Positions 35,224 to 46,945 of a stretch of DNA of 64,000 bases are shown here, piece after piece; within the stretch, counting starts at the first letter, position 1, and every line of letters starts with the position of its first letter. The translations under genes and the position numbers were made by a program. The stretch comes from Sarea resinae (lineage: Eukaryota). The stretch lies in assembly GCA_026026165.1 (NCBI GenBank), contig JAPEUD010000001.1, positions 248,001-312,000 on the forward strand, read 5' to 3'. The notes under the pieces are model-generated. The model did not search any database, was not told the DNA's origin, and saw only the letters and a program-made list of their open reading frames with translations.

Positions 35224-37420
35224 TCATCGTGGTGGTGGTCGCATTGAGAAATTCCCTACCCCGCGAGGAGGGAGCCTTGAAGGGCCTACGTTGTTGTGAG
35301 TAGTGCTAGTATTCCCCGAAGTTCCAGCACCACCACCACGCATGCCATATCCTTCAAACTCCTGCCGCAATGCCGATTTCAGGCCCAAATCCTGGGGATT
35401 ATAGCCATGACTATGGTCATTACTGTAGCCATGGCCGCTGGTAGAAGCCGAACCATACATGGCCTGGTCCGCACCACCGCCGGCATTTCGCATCCCAGCC
35501 GCCGAAGACTGAGCAAGGAGGTTCTGCTTCTGGTAGAGATCCGCGAGTAAGAGACTAGAGTCTTGTTCGTAGCGTTCGGCTATACTCAAGTAATCGTATT
35601 TTGAGCCTAAGAGACGGAGGATCTCGACGAGCTGGTTGATGGCTCTGATGGCGCGGGCAACATTTTCTGCTGGGGAGCGATTGGGCACGTGAGGGAGAGA
35701 CGGGGCATCCGGCGCCCGAGGCTCGACAAGGGCGCCGCTGGCGCTGAAAATATGGTCTTGGTTGTGCCAGACGAGATCGAGAAGGTGGCGACTGACCATG
35801 AAGGCGCGCAATTGGTCGTGGAACGTGTAAAGGCGGTTATCTTGCGATGATTTCAGGATGGCGAGGAACGTATCGGAGTACTCGACGCAGTGGTCGAGGA
35901 ACAGGAGTTGGCCTCTATCATCGAGATTGGGGATTTTTCCCGAGGGGCCCAGGGTATAGATGTAGCTATAAAGAATTTCGACTTGAAAATATTTCTTGAT
36001 TGGGTCTGGCAGGTCTTCGGGTAGAGATCGATACCACTGGGTCATTTCGGCGTAGATGCGCTGAATATATGGGACAGGGTCTACCAGTGCTTTTCGACCG
36101 GATTTGAAGAGGTCTTGGTACAGACTTGACTGAATGACACGCATTCGGAAGAGATGTACTGCCGAGTCAATCGGCTGAAGGCCGAGTTGGCTTTTCGGGG
36201 AGAGGCCGGATGGCGAGATACTCTGACAAGGTAAAACTACAGAAGTAGATTCATCAGAAAAGGAAAATGGCCGAGCGTAAGCCATGCTGATAGATCTATT
36301 TGCGTATCGTCAGCTTCTGCGGTTTCGAAAATTAGCGCCACATCACCAACCTATCAAGCGTATATACGCTATAATACGTCCGTCTCCTTAGTTCCAGTTG
36401 GCCTTTGCTCATCTTTACCTCTAGACTGGGGTCTTCATGGAGTCCCAAGTCAACCATTGCACGAGAAGCGGCTCCGATCAGAGTCCAGGAGTCGAAATGA
36501 TGAGGATCAAGCATTGCATATTGGACCAGAAGCAAGATAGCTTGGATACCAGCAATTGAGCCAGGATGCAAAACATCTTCAGCCTTGTCAAGCGCAGCTG
36601 CGACATGACCGACCGCTCTTTGATAGTTCTGGTCGCCTTTCTTCTGACTGAGGGATGCTGCTGTGATAGCCAGCACGAGGCGAAGGATCCAATGATCAGA
36701 AGCTGAAGCCCGACGACCTGCATCATGATAGACGGCTTCGACTGAGGCGTAAAGGGCAGTTTCACAAATGATCGGTATCAGAACGAAGATATTGTCGAGA
36801 TAGTACTGGAGCAGTGGAGAGACTTCGTGGCGAGGAGGGAGCGTCTGCATGCGCACAGTCGGTAACTCCTCCTTTATTGAAGCAGCGAGAATGAGGCGAG
36901 CGTATGACATTATAGAAGTGAAGCCATAGAAATCCCTTGCCGTGGCATTTACAGCACTACATCACGAGCATGAGCCAAAGTGAGTGAGACCGTGAGATAA
37001 GGTGAGAACTGACAGAAAGCCAAAGTCCGAGACCAATTCATCAACATCCGACGCCTCCCTCCGCAACGCTGCCTTTCCCCTTGGTGGAGATGTCAAAGAC
37101 GGCGGAGCTGTATATTCAAGAGGCTTGACCAGCAATGACTCCGCATCGAGCATGGTCACTGAAGTCTTTCGGACCCTGGATTGAGCTAAGCGTTTCTCCA
37201 GCTTGTCTATCCGGGCTTCAAGTGAGGCGACGTAGCTCCTTTCCTTGCCTTTCGCGAATTGATCATTTGCGCTGGAGCATTCATCCCCTTTTTTTGCTTT
37301 CACACAAGCCGTGCATGCTGGCAGCTTGCCGTCGCATTTGACTTTCGCCAAGCGGCATCTCGAACAAGCCGATACGGGCCGGCTCACACGAAGTAGCGGC
37401 GTCTCGAAGCTCTTTCCCAT
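35224..37420 (-). CDS. Zn(II)2Cys6 transcription factor with fungal-specific TF domain (Stb5/Ppr1/UaY-like). Exons 37420-37014, 36956-36351, 36295-35224 (694 aa)
   Basis: RVSRPVSACSRCRLAKVKCDGKLPACTACVKAKKGDEC; coiled coil YVASLEARIDKLE; middle homology region DLGLHED...ELRRRTYYSVYTLDR. Confidence 0.92.
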
Positions 37421-39347
37421 GACCGCTACTGGATAAATCTCGAAGAGACGTAGATAGATCAACAGGATGCGACGATTACTATTGCAGGCTTCGGACCATC
37501 AGACGTGCAACATTGGTTTTCCGCAAGAGGAAATAGAAAGGGAAGAGTTTTGGATAGAAGAAGGATCCAGATTCAGTTACAAAAGAATGGCAACAAGGTA
37601 ATCTTCACTTTGACAGATTCATAGGAATTTGTTCAGAGCGGAAAAGCGCAAGACGCGGTCTCAGAGAGGAAAGTAGATGCAACTATATAGCGATGGCAAT
37701 TTGTGAATGGCATACCTCATAGGCATGGGGCAAGCGAGTGAGATGTCGTGAAACCTTGATCCCGTGTCTGCTGTTCCGCGGATGTCCATGCGTGGTGGTT
37801 GTGGGCAAGGAAAGACTTGCGGGGTGGTTCAGGTTCAAAGGATCAATAAGAAATACTGCAGACTCACATTGCTGTTCAATCGGTCGAATCAGTGGCACGC
37901 GCTTTGGCCAGGCCCTGGCACCGGGCTCCCCAGGATCTGATCGGTTATCATCAAGTACTCATGCGGTCTCGTTGAGGTCTTGCTCAGGTCTCTTTCTTGG
38001 CGGCGGCTGGAATCTGGAAGTCCGCAAAGCGATGTGAATATGGATATGGATGCTGCGACTGTCGCAAGCGATGCCACTTTTGCGAGAGTTGACGCCTCTC
38101 CTCGGCCGTTGCTGCCACCTCCAGTCTGCTTTGGTCTATCTCAACCCTATCCGACGAGATGCTGCAGCCTGGACGGAACGTGACTTTGTTTCTGCCTGGG
38201 CTTCGAACTTCGTGTCAAAATCTCCAATTCTTCGCACCTCGCGCTTTGTGCGTCCCGGATGAGCAGGCAGCCTTTCGGATGGCCAATACGACGGCCCAAC
38301 GTCGAGAGCTCAGCGGCTTGCACGATCGTCTTCCGATGCGCTGACAATTGAGGACTCTTAGTCGCTCAACACCCCGATGTTATGCCGCCGGCATGGTCAG
38401 ACGGGATGGGCACACTTAAGGTTGGGGTGGTGGATTGATATATTGACGGTTTTGGATGGGAGCAGTCGGTAAGTCAGGATCCAGGATGATGATCAAAGGA
38501 GATAGCATCTGCCACGGCTCCGCGGATCCACGGATTCACGATTTGGCAGCATAAGGCGGCTATCGTGAAATGCTACAAGGGCAGTGACGCGTGGGAGGGA
38601 TAATGCGTCGAGTACTACCTAGTACTCAGGTATGTATGAGGTGTGCAGAGTATCCGTAGGGCGTACTCTGTACTTCATCCCTCCACCTGTCACTACGGCT
38701 TGAATTAGCCAGTCGGCCGGCCCCTCAGCCCTGTGTGTGAGTACTATCACCAGTACTGGGCGATTGCCAATGGACCGCAGACGAACAGGCTAGGCCCCAG
38801 CTATCATCTTCTCTTCAAACAAAATACCGAAATGCCGAGCAGGTGGGTGCTTCCCAAGAGCCCACGGAGATTACCTTATGGCTGCAGGCTGCAGGTTGCA
38901 GGTTGCAGATAATGAAGCCACACAATCCTCCTCTCACTGCCGTCGAGTAAGGCACTCAGGTAGGTGGATGGTGCCGGAGATGCGACGCGATGCGATGCGA
39001 TGCGATGCGAGAGCGGTGCGGCACATGAGGTTGATGGCTCGAACGGCGACAGTGATAACATGGAGTGGCAACAATGGCAACAGTCAGTACATCGTAGACA
39101 ACAGAGACAACACGGGAGAGACAACTCGAGAATGGAGCTCAGCCTAGACCGAGCTACTACGGAAGTACATTAGTAGGGAGCTAAGAGGTAGCTGGAGGCG
39201 GATGCCACGATGGCACAAGCCATCCTACTACTAGTATGTACGGAGTAAGCCATTCAGAGATGCTCCACGCCATCCCGACACCTCTAGGAGTACGTAGGTA
39301 GGTAGTAAGTGTAATTGAGCGTCCACGGGGCTAATGTTCACCTCTCG

Positions 39348-39404
39348 CCTCCCTCCCTCCCTCCCTCCCTCCCTCCCTCCCTCCCTCCCCTCCCCTCCCC
39401 TCCC
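39348..39404. repeat. (CCCT)n/(CCCCT)n tract; G-quadruplex-prone on the minus strand
   Basis: Directly visible array. Confidence 0.85.
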
Positions 39405-40419
39405 TTTCCTCCACCCCCGAACCCCCACCAGGCAGCTCCTTAGTTCCTATTTTCCTGCTTCCCCGAGAGGAGGCCGACGAGGGGACCCTGTTGCCAATCC
39501 CATCCTTGACCTCTATTATTACTGCGCAGCATACCCTTAGTAGTACCTCTCTCAACCCACTATTCTTACTTCGTAGAGGTCCGTTGCCCGCTGGCCCACT
39601 AGGTAAGGTAGGTAGGTAGGTACTCTCGAACGCAGCTAATGCTGCCTTATGAGCTCTCCACCCTCTTACTGGTGATATCAAATGCAGCCCACTGCATCTC
39701 CAGCATCGCATTGATCCATTCGATCCCTCTGATCTATCTCCCGGGCTGTTCTTCTCCCCCTACCTACTGAGTAGTCCAGAGTACCTGCCTCCTGCGTTCT
39801 TCGTACTATGAGTAGAGTATGTAGTCAATACTCGACCAAGATTCAACTCCCTTCGATGTCAGGCAGATTTATCCAAAGTATCCCGTCCGTACCCTGGCCA
39901 CCCACTTCCGATCCTCTACGCTTCCTGCCCGTGACAGCGTACGGACCGAGTACCATGCCCCAGAATCCCTTCAATGACCCCTCCAGGGCTACCTGCACTC
40001 TACTTCGTACATGTCCATTCGACCTGACCTTCCTTGTCTGCACCTACGATCAACGGCCGCTAGTGAAGGCTGGCGGCATTCGTCGTGCACCCAATACGCT
40101 TTTCCGGAAGATGACTGTTTGATTTGCGCTTCCATAATCATCACCATCACCCGTGTCTAATCCGATCTGATCTGGGTTGCGGCCAATTCTTGGTTTCCGG
40201 ACTGGACGGCGGAAGAGCATTGTCCAGGAGTTCGTGCGAGTCCCTCGTCTTGTCTTCTTGTCTTGTGCTCTCGGAGTCTTCCATCCCTCCATATATCATC
40301 CTCCTACAGAGCCTCCTCGGCTTGTCAGATCTCCATGAGACCTACTACGACTGCCTTGCTAATCGGCGGGAGATGGATGTGGCTGTGACCGGACTTGAGC
40401 AGCCCACAGTCACCACGCC

Positions 40420-43096
40420 ATGGAAGCCTCAGGCTCTGTCCCTATGGACAGGGAGGGCAGTCTGGAATCTCTTGATTCGGCGTCATCCAGAGTTGCACAT
40501 ACCTTGACTGCGTGCTGCAGATGTCGCCAGGTAAGAGATCATTCCCTGCTCCGAAGAACATATGGCAATACGTCGCTCCCCAGCCATGATTTTCGATTGG
40601 AGTGATACGCCACAAGCATCTTGTAATGCCTCTGATCCAATGCCGCTGTCATGCTAAGATGACGCAGAGAAAAACCAGGTGCGACGCGGGCCTACCGAGA
40701 TGCGGGCCTTGCGAGCGCAGCGCCGCTGCTTGCGAATATTACGATGCCACCAAAGGCACAAAGATATCTCGAAATTACGTCATCTTCCTACAAAATAAGG
40801 TGAGAATGCTAGAGGATGAATTAGCCCGAGAATCCGCCGGTGAATGTGGGCATGAACCAGACCCCGAGACTCTTATTCGCGGAGCTGGGCTTGTGAGGTT
40901 CAAGGAGGGCGACGAGTCAAGGTTTCTAGGCCCTTCGAGCGGAATCGCAATCACCCGATTGGTGATGGAGTTGGCCAAACGAAATACAGAATCCAAACGT
41001 ATCAAAGAGATTGTACCCGACACCAAGGCGAAGCAGATTAAGGAGCGCTTCGCCCAGGAGGATCATCCCATATCAAAGGAGCTACCCAGCTATCCCGTAG
41101 TGAGCTCCGTTGCTGCACCTGTCCTGCCGACTCGAGCTTTGACGAATGGATTAGTCGAACTTTTCAACAGCAGATGTGAGTAGAAATTGTTTGTGGATGT
41201 ACTATATCTGATGGTCCTGGCAGCGCAATATATGCTTCCAACGTTGCATGAGCCGACTTTCTGGCAAGACGTGAACGATGTCTACAACGATTCTACGGAT
41301 GCGTACCAAAACTTTGTCATGCGAATGGTATTAGCAATCAGCATACAAAAGCTCGACCCTCAATACGCCGGGCTCGCAGACAGTTATTATCTTGCCGCAC
41401 TGTCATACATGGAGGCGGTTGTACGGCTGATGAATCTAAAGACTCTGCAATGTTTCGCGCTCATTGCCCAATACTCACTCCTCACTCCAACTCGCACTGC
41501 CGCATACTTTATCGTCGGCTTGGCAGTCAAAATCTGTCAAGCGCTTGGACTCAGCGAGGAGAGCACGATTACCCTAAGTGCGTCCAGGGCTCCCTTGGAT
41601 CCGCTCGAAATAGACATGCGGAGACGTCTTTTCTGGGTCATCACCTCGATGGAATTTGGATTATCGCATAGCCTTGGGCGACCAAGCGCATTTGAGATCA
41701 GTCCAGAGAACATCGATGTGGGGTTCTTCGAGCCCGTGGACGATACAAGAATAACGAGGGAAAAGATCTTACCTGGTCTACCTTCACGGAAAAAGCAGAT
41801 TGCTATCCATTTTTTCAGAATGCGGCTGCTGCAGCTAGAAATCAGGAGGATGTTATACCAAAGGAAGCGGGAAGAGCCCAAGGATGACAGTCATCCGTGG
41901 TTTATAGAAATGGAAGAAAAGCTGGAACGATGGAGATATGCCAATCCGACTAACGATGAAGGTAGTGGACTCAGCGCGACATGGTGAGTTCCGTCTCAAT
42001 TGTAGGCCTATGTATAAGACACATAGCTTCACACTTGTCCCGCAGTCTATTACCGTGATGGACTAAGATATTCTATAGGTTCACGGGAAGGTACAACACC
42101 ATAGTTGTCTTCCTTTTCCGCCCCTCTCCCCAGATTCCTCAGCCTTCTATTCGTGCAGCTACCCGATGCTACGAAGCTTCAGTATACAATATACAGATGC
42201 ACCGGAAGCAATTAGATACCCGCACGGTGGACATTAGCTGGGTATTTACTCAAGGGATTTTCATGGCTTTAAATACCGTGCTGTGGTCGATCTCCTATCC
42301 AGAGATCCGCAATCTACATCCAGAACGTGAAGTCGAGAATTATTGCGACATTGCCCTCGAAAGCATCCTACTGTGTTCAAAAAGATGGCCTGGCGCAGCC
42401 TCCGCTTTTGAGCTATATGAGAACTTGGTGAAGGCTTGCATCAAGGTGTATAGTGGTGGTGGCAGTAGCGACTCTATGTCACCTTCCTCCAAGTCGTCAC
42501 CGGCTTCGACTCATGACCTGTCAAATCACTCTCCAGCAACCAGCCCTGAAGCAACAACGTCGACGGCTTCCTATTCTTCCGATGTCCGGAATTCGCGGGC
42601 ATCTAGCTCCTCTGCCGCTTGGGAGCAACGTCCATCCCTTGGCTCTAAATACACCAGTCAGCGGAGCAATACATCAGTACGACATCAATCACAGGAAGTC
42701 GACCCGCTTTCACGACTGACTCCCTCACACACTGGCGTCGGGTCCTCATCAGACCTCCTTCTGATGGGTAGTTCCAACACATCTTCCTTTGATCCGAGCT
42801 CGCCATTCAACGCTCTTCCATCACAGTTCCCTCCCGCTCCTTCCGAATGGGATGACACTTTACCATCCTCCCAGTTATTCGACGCCAATGCTAATACCTT
42901 CGTCGGACCTGTTTCATTTGGCCTACCAGCTAATGCTCAACCATGTATGAGTTTCTCCCGATCCGACCGACTGGGAAGTTTAAATCAAGAGCAGCAGAGT
43001 GAGCTTATGAACACGCTTGAGATGGACGGTCTTCCCGATATCAATAGCATTTTGGACCAGTCGACCACTTTTTTTGGCGGTCCCGTGCAGCGATAA
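40420..43096 (+). CDS. Zn(II)2Cys6 transcription factor with fungal-specific TF domain (Ppr1/UaY-like). Exons 40420-40530, 40668-41175, 41224-41983, 42079-43096 (798 aa)
   Basis: Spliced cluster RVAHTLTACCRCRQ|RKTRCDAGLPRCGPCERSAAAC; SRFLGPSSGI; IDMRRRLFW; LGRPS. Confidence 0.92.
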
Positions 43097-44486
43097 CACA
43101 TCGGTGCGTATCTGGATGTTGAATCTGTTTCCTAGGCGCCACGACCAGAGGCAATCGTGATGTTATACGTTCGCAATTATTCCCACTGAGATCCACCAGA
43201 AGATTGCCGTCGGTGCACCGCCTCTCAAGAATTAATAAGGTGGTCGGGCTGACTACACGTTGAAGCTCTTCGCTGACTCGTGGAGCAGAGGGGCGAAAGG
43301 TGCCTGAGCCGTGTGTTCTTTCTTGTCTCTAATCGTTGGATGTGGGCGTAACAATACCTTGCTGATATTACGCGAGACATTGAAGGAAATCTAAAGGTGT
43401 TTAGATATCAGAAAGCTGCATGGTTGGCGATATTGATAGCTTCCATTCGCTGTCTCTGGATGAGTGTGCACTCCCGGTTTGTGCTTGACGTGGCCCGTGT
43501 GCGTTGCCGTTTCCCAATCGGATATATTAATCGAATCTAGAAACAAGTGTAACAAGACGATGCTATAATTATCTGTTCATGCGAAGATCCTGGGAATGTG
43601 TTTGAGCGTTGTTGTCTCAGGGGTCTGTGCATGATCATATGCAGGAACGGGTGTGGTAGTGCCTTTTGCTGAAACGACCACGGCAAGTTTGGTATGCATC
43701 TATCTATGGATCGAGGAACATGATCAGGTTATGTTAGGATTTCATGGCTCTGACTTCTGAAAGGGCTGGAAGTAGGAGTTACGTTCTGATTGGCAATATT
43801 AAATTGACATTTCATAAATTCTAAGCATCAGGCAAGGTATTTCAATGCTGCAGACGCTGAGTCGGTGTTTCTTCACAAGTGTTCAAATCTCAGATAATCG
43901 TCAAGAGGATATAAGTACCAAAGCGCCATATCTGATAGCGATGCTCTGAGGATATCAAGACCATAGGAATGTGATGCCGCAATTTGATAGCTTGTTCAAC
44001 GGACCCTTGGAGCATCACAAATATATAAATGAATCTGTCGAAATTCAAACATGACTGCTGTGTTGTGCCTATTCATTGCATTGTCGGCGCTATCTCGGGC
44101 TTGCGGTATACAGTACTTCCTACTCCACTCCCTTACCACCCAACTACGGCGTACAAATACACCACTGCGTAATCCACATCCGCAATGGGACGCAGTGCTA
44201 CTTCCGGTAGCTTGTGCACCCCCCCTCCTCTCCTCTCATCCATTACCATCACGAACCACCATTTCAACGATCCCCTCTCTCTTTCTACCACTTGACTAAG
44301 ACTTCAATCATCCGGTCACTACCTCTATCAACTTCCTCGATTCTTCAATCCCCGTCGCGGTCGAGTCAATCGCCGTTATTTCCATCTGGACCTCACCTTT
44401 TATACGCTGTATACCATCGTTCATTCTTTTGCCCATCGCAACTACGCATACACACGTGCTCTGCTGCTTTCGGAAATAGCTTCAAA

Positions 44487-45415
44487 ATGCCATCGACACG
44501 GCGGATGCGAGTTTTTGGGGTGATGGTGCTGGCTGTCGTATTGATCATCTTGTATTGCACCGTACGTCTCCCTTTTCCATCCTCGATCTATCCCTCTGCA
44601 TCTTTGCGTTGAGATTGAGGGAACTTGACTCTCATGCTCGCTTTCTTTCAGGCCGACGCACGCCGAGCCCGCGACCAAGATTTCTACAGTCGCACCCTTA
44701 AAGCCATGGACGCGAAGGCCAAAGGCTCCGACTTTGACGTAAGCAAGCACCTCTCGGACGCCGAGAGCGCCGCGAAAGTCGCCGCGTCAAAGCCACACCC
44801 ACAGCCGGAAGTTCTGCTGGGCGAAAAGGGGATGGCCGCCGTAGCCGACGAGAAGGCTGCAGCAGCAGAGGAGAAGACGGGTGGGAAGCCGAAGAACCTC
44901 AAGGGGGGCGAGAAGTGGGACGTTAGCGGTGGCGCTTCGGCGTCAGGGAAGGAGGAGATCAAGGAACCCGTGAAGGAGAAGACGCAAGAGGAGCAGGAGG
45001 TCGAGGTCGAGTTGAATGGGATTTTGAAAAGGAGTCCTAGTATGTCTACTTCCACCCCTGCCATTTCCCAATCACCGCGTGAAGAACTGGAGCGCTAACG
45101 ACCCTCACCTCACCAGTAATCATCTTCTCCAAATCCTACTGTCCCTTCTCGCAAAAGGCCAAACACACACTCCTCGAAAAATACACCATCGTCCCCGCGC
45201 CGTTCGTCGTCGAGCTCGACACCCACCCGCTAGGGCCCCAACTCCAGGCCTCTCTTCAGAAAATGACGGGACGCCGCACGGTGCCGAACATTCTGATCTC
45301 CGGTCGCAGTATTGGCGGCAGCGACGAGGTGGCCGACCTGGATAGCAAGGGGGCATTAGTGGACAAGGTCCGCCGTTTGGGCGGGAAGAGGATCATGGAG
45401 ATCAAGCTGACCTAA
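44487..45415 (+). CDS. Signal-anchored monothiol glutaredoxin (Grx6/7-like). Exons 44487-44561, 44652-45039, 45117-45415 (253 aa)
   Basis: N-terminal TM segment VFGVMVLAVVLIILY; IIFSKSYCPFS active site; RRTVPNILISGRSIGGSD. Confidence 0.9.
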
Positions 45416-45789
45416 CCTGATCGCACAGCTCATCTGTCATCTTGACTGGATCGGGCTGGCTGGGTTGACCACTTCTAGGGGAAAGAGAAGAGACGAGACG
45501 AGACTAGGGGGAAGGCCTCCCGGGCTATGTAATCTGTATTCCATCTCTCTTTTTTCTCTCTTTCCATCTTCTCTCCCACCGGCACGTCTTCTCTCTCCTT
45601 TTCACGCCCTGTGTTTTTTTATTTCTTTTCGTTATCTCAGGATATCCTCTCTTCTTTTTCTTCTTTCTTCTTTCGGGACCGTGGCTTCGTCTTTTCTCGG
45701 GACCAATGGCGGCTTTTTCTCGAAACCGGACATCTCTCTCTGCCCGGAACGCGATTTCTCACCGCGGCCAGGCCGGCCGGCGAGGGGGG

Positions 45790-46337
45790 CGGGCGGGTAG
45801 GATAGGATAGGATAGGGTAGGATAGGGCAGGCGTTCAAGCGGGCAAAACACTTTTTACTGGGGTTTGTCTCTTCGATATGCTAGGGTTCTAGAAAAAAAA
45901 GAAACACATGAAAAAAGCACAGTCATTCCAAGAGAGGGGGGAGAGGAAATCCGTGGCGTGAGAAGAAAAAGGGAGTGGTCATGGCGGGCGGGCGGGCGGG
46001 GAGAGAGGGAGAGAGGGAGAGAGGGAGAGAGGGAGAGAGGGAGAGATGGTGCAATCATGGGCTATAGTCCTTTTTTTACACGCCTGTCTGTCTGGGGTAT
46101 ACCCCTTTCTATATCCAGCCTACAGCCTACATATAGCCTACTGGTCTCTCTATCCATCCATCCATCCATCCATCCACCAAGTCGAGAAAAACCCCCCCGA
46201 AAACAAACTTCGAACGATATTTCGCAGTCAGTAGCATCTCTAGCGCGATCGCGGTAAGCTATCAGATATGATTGTGTGTGTATGTGTGGGCAGGGAATAA
46301 ATTAAATTCAGGATCCCCCCCTTCCTCCCTCTATCGT

Positions 46338-46380
<43 letters not shown>

Positions 46381-46580
46381 CGTGATATTGGTGATTAGGC
46401 ATTAAGCTAGATGATGCTGACGCAAAACAAATTCCCTTAAGATGGGAGAAATGGTTGATGGTGACGTGGCGGGGAATAATGGAGAAGAATGACAACAAGA
46501 AGAAGAAGAAGAAGAAGAGGGAAAAGAAGCCGGGGAAGGGTAGTAGGCTAGGTGGGGTCAGGTAAAGGAAAGGAAAGAGG
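45790..46580. repeat. Simple-repeat-rich convergent intergenic region: (GATAG)n, (GAGAGAGG)n, (CATC)n, (CT)n, (AAG)n
   Basis: Directly visible arrays. Confidence 0.8.
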
Positions 46581-46945
46581 AAGGGAGAGCAAACATGGAC
46601 GTGAGCATGAGGGGTTGGGATGGGATGGGATATCTTTTGCGATTGGCGATCAGAAGCGCGCACCGAGCCGTTGGGAAAAAGGTAGGTGGATGGATATACA
46701 GAGATGTGAGAAGGAAAGTGAGGAGCAGGGGTCCCCGAAAAAAAAGAGAAATGAAAAGTAAAGGGTGAAGATAGATGAGAAAAAGATGACGGAGAAGCTC
46801 TAGATCGGAAAAGATCGGCTGTCCCATGCGCGCCGCGCGCCAAGCTATCCCCACTCACTCATCCATTCACCCTTTCACTTGCTCACCCACCCACAAGCGA
46901 CGCCCGTCCTTTCCTTCTTCGTGTTCTTTTCAGCTTTCAAGCCAA

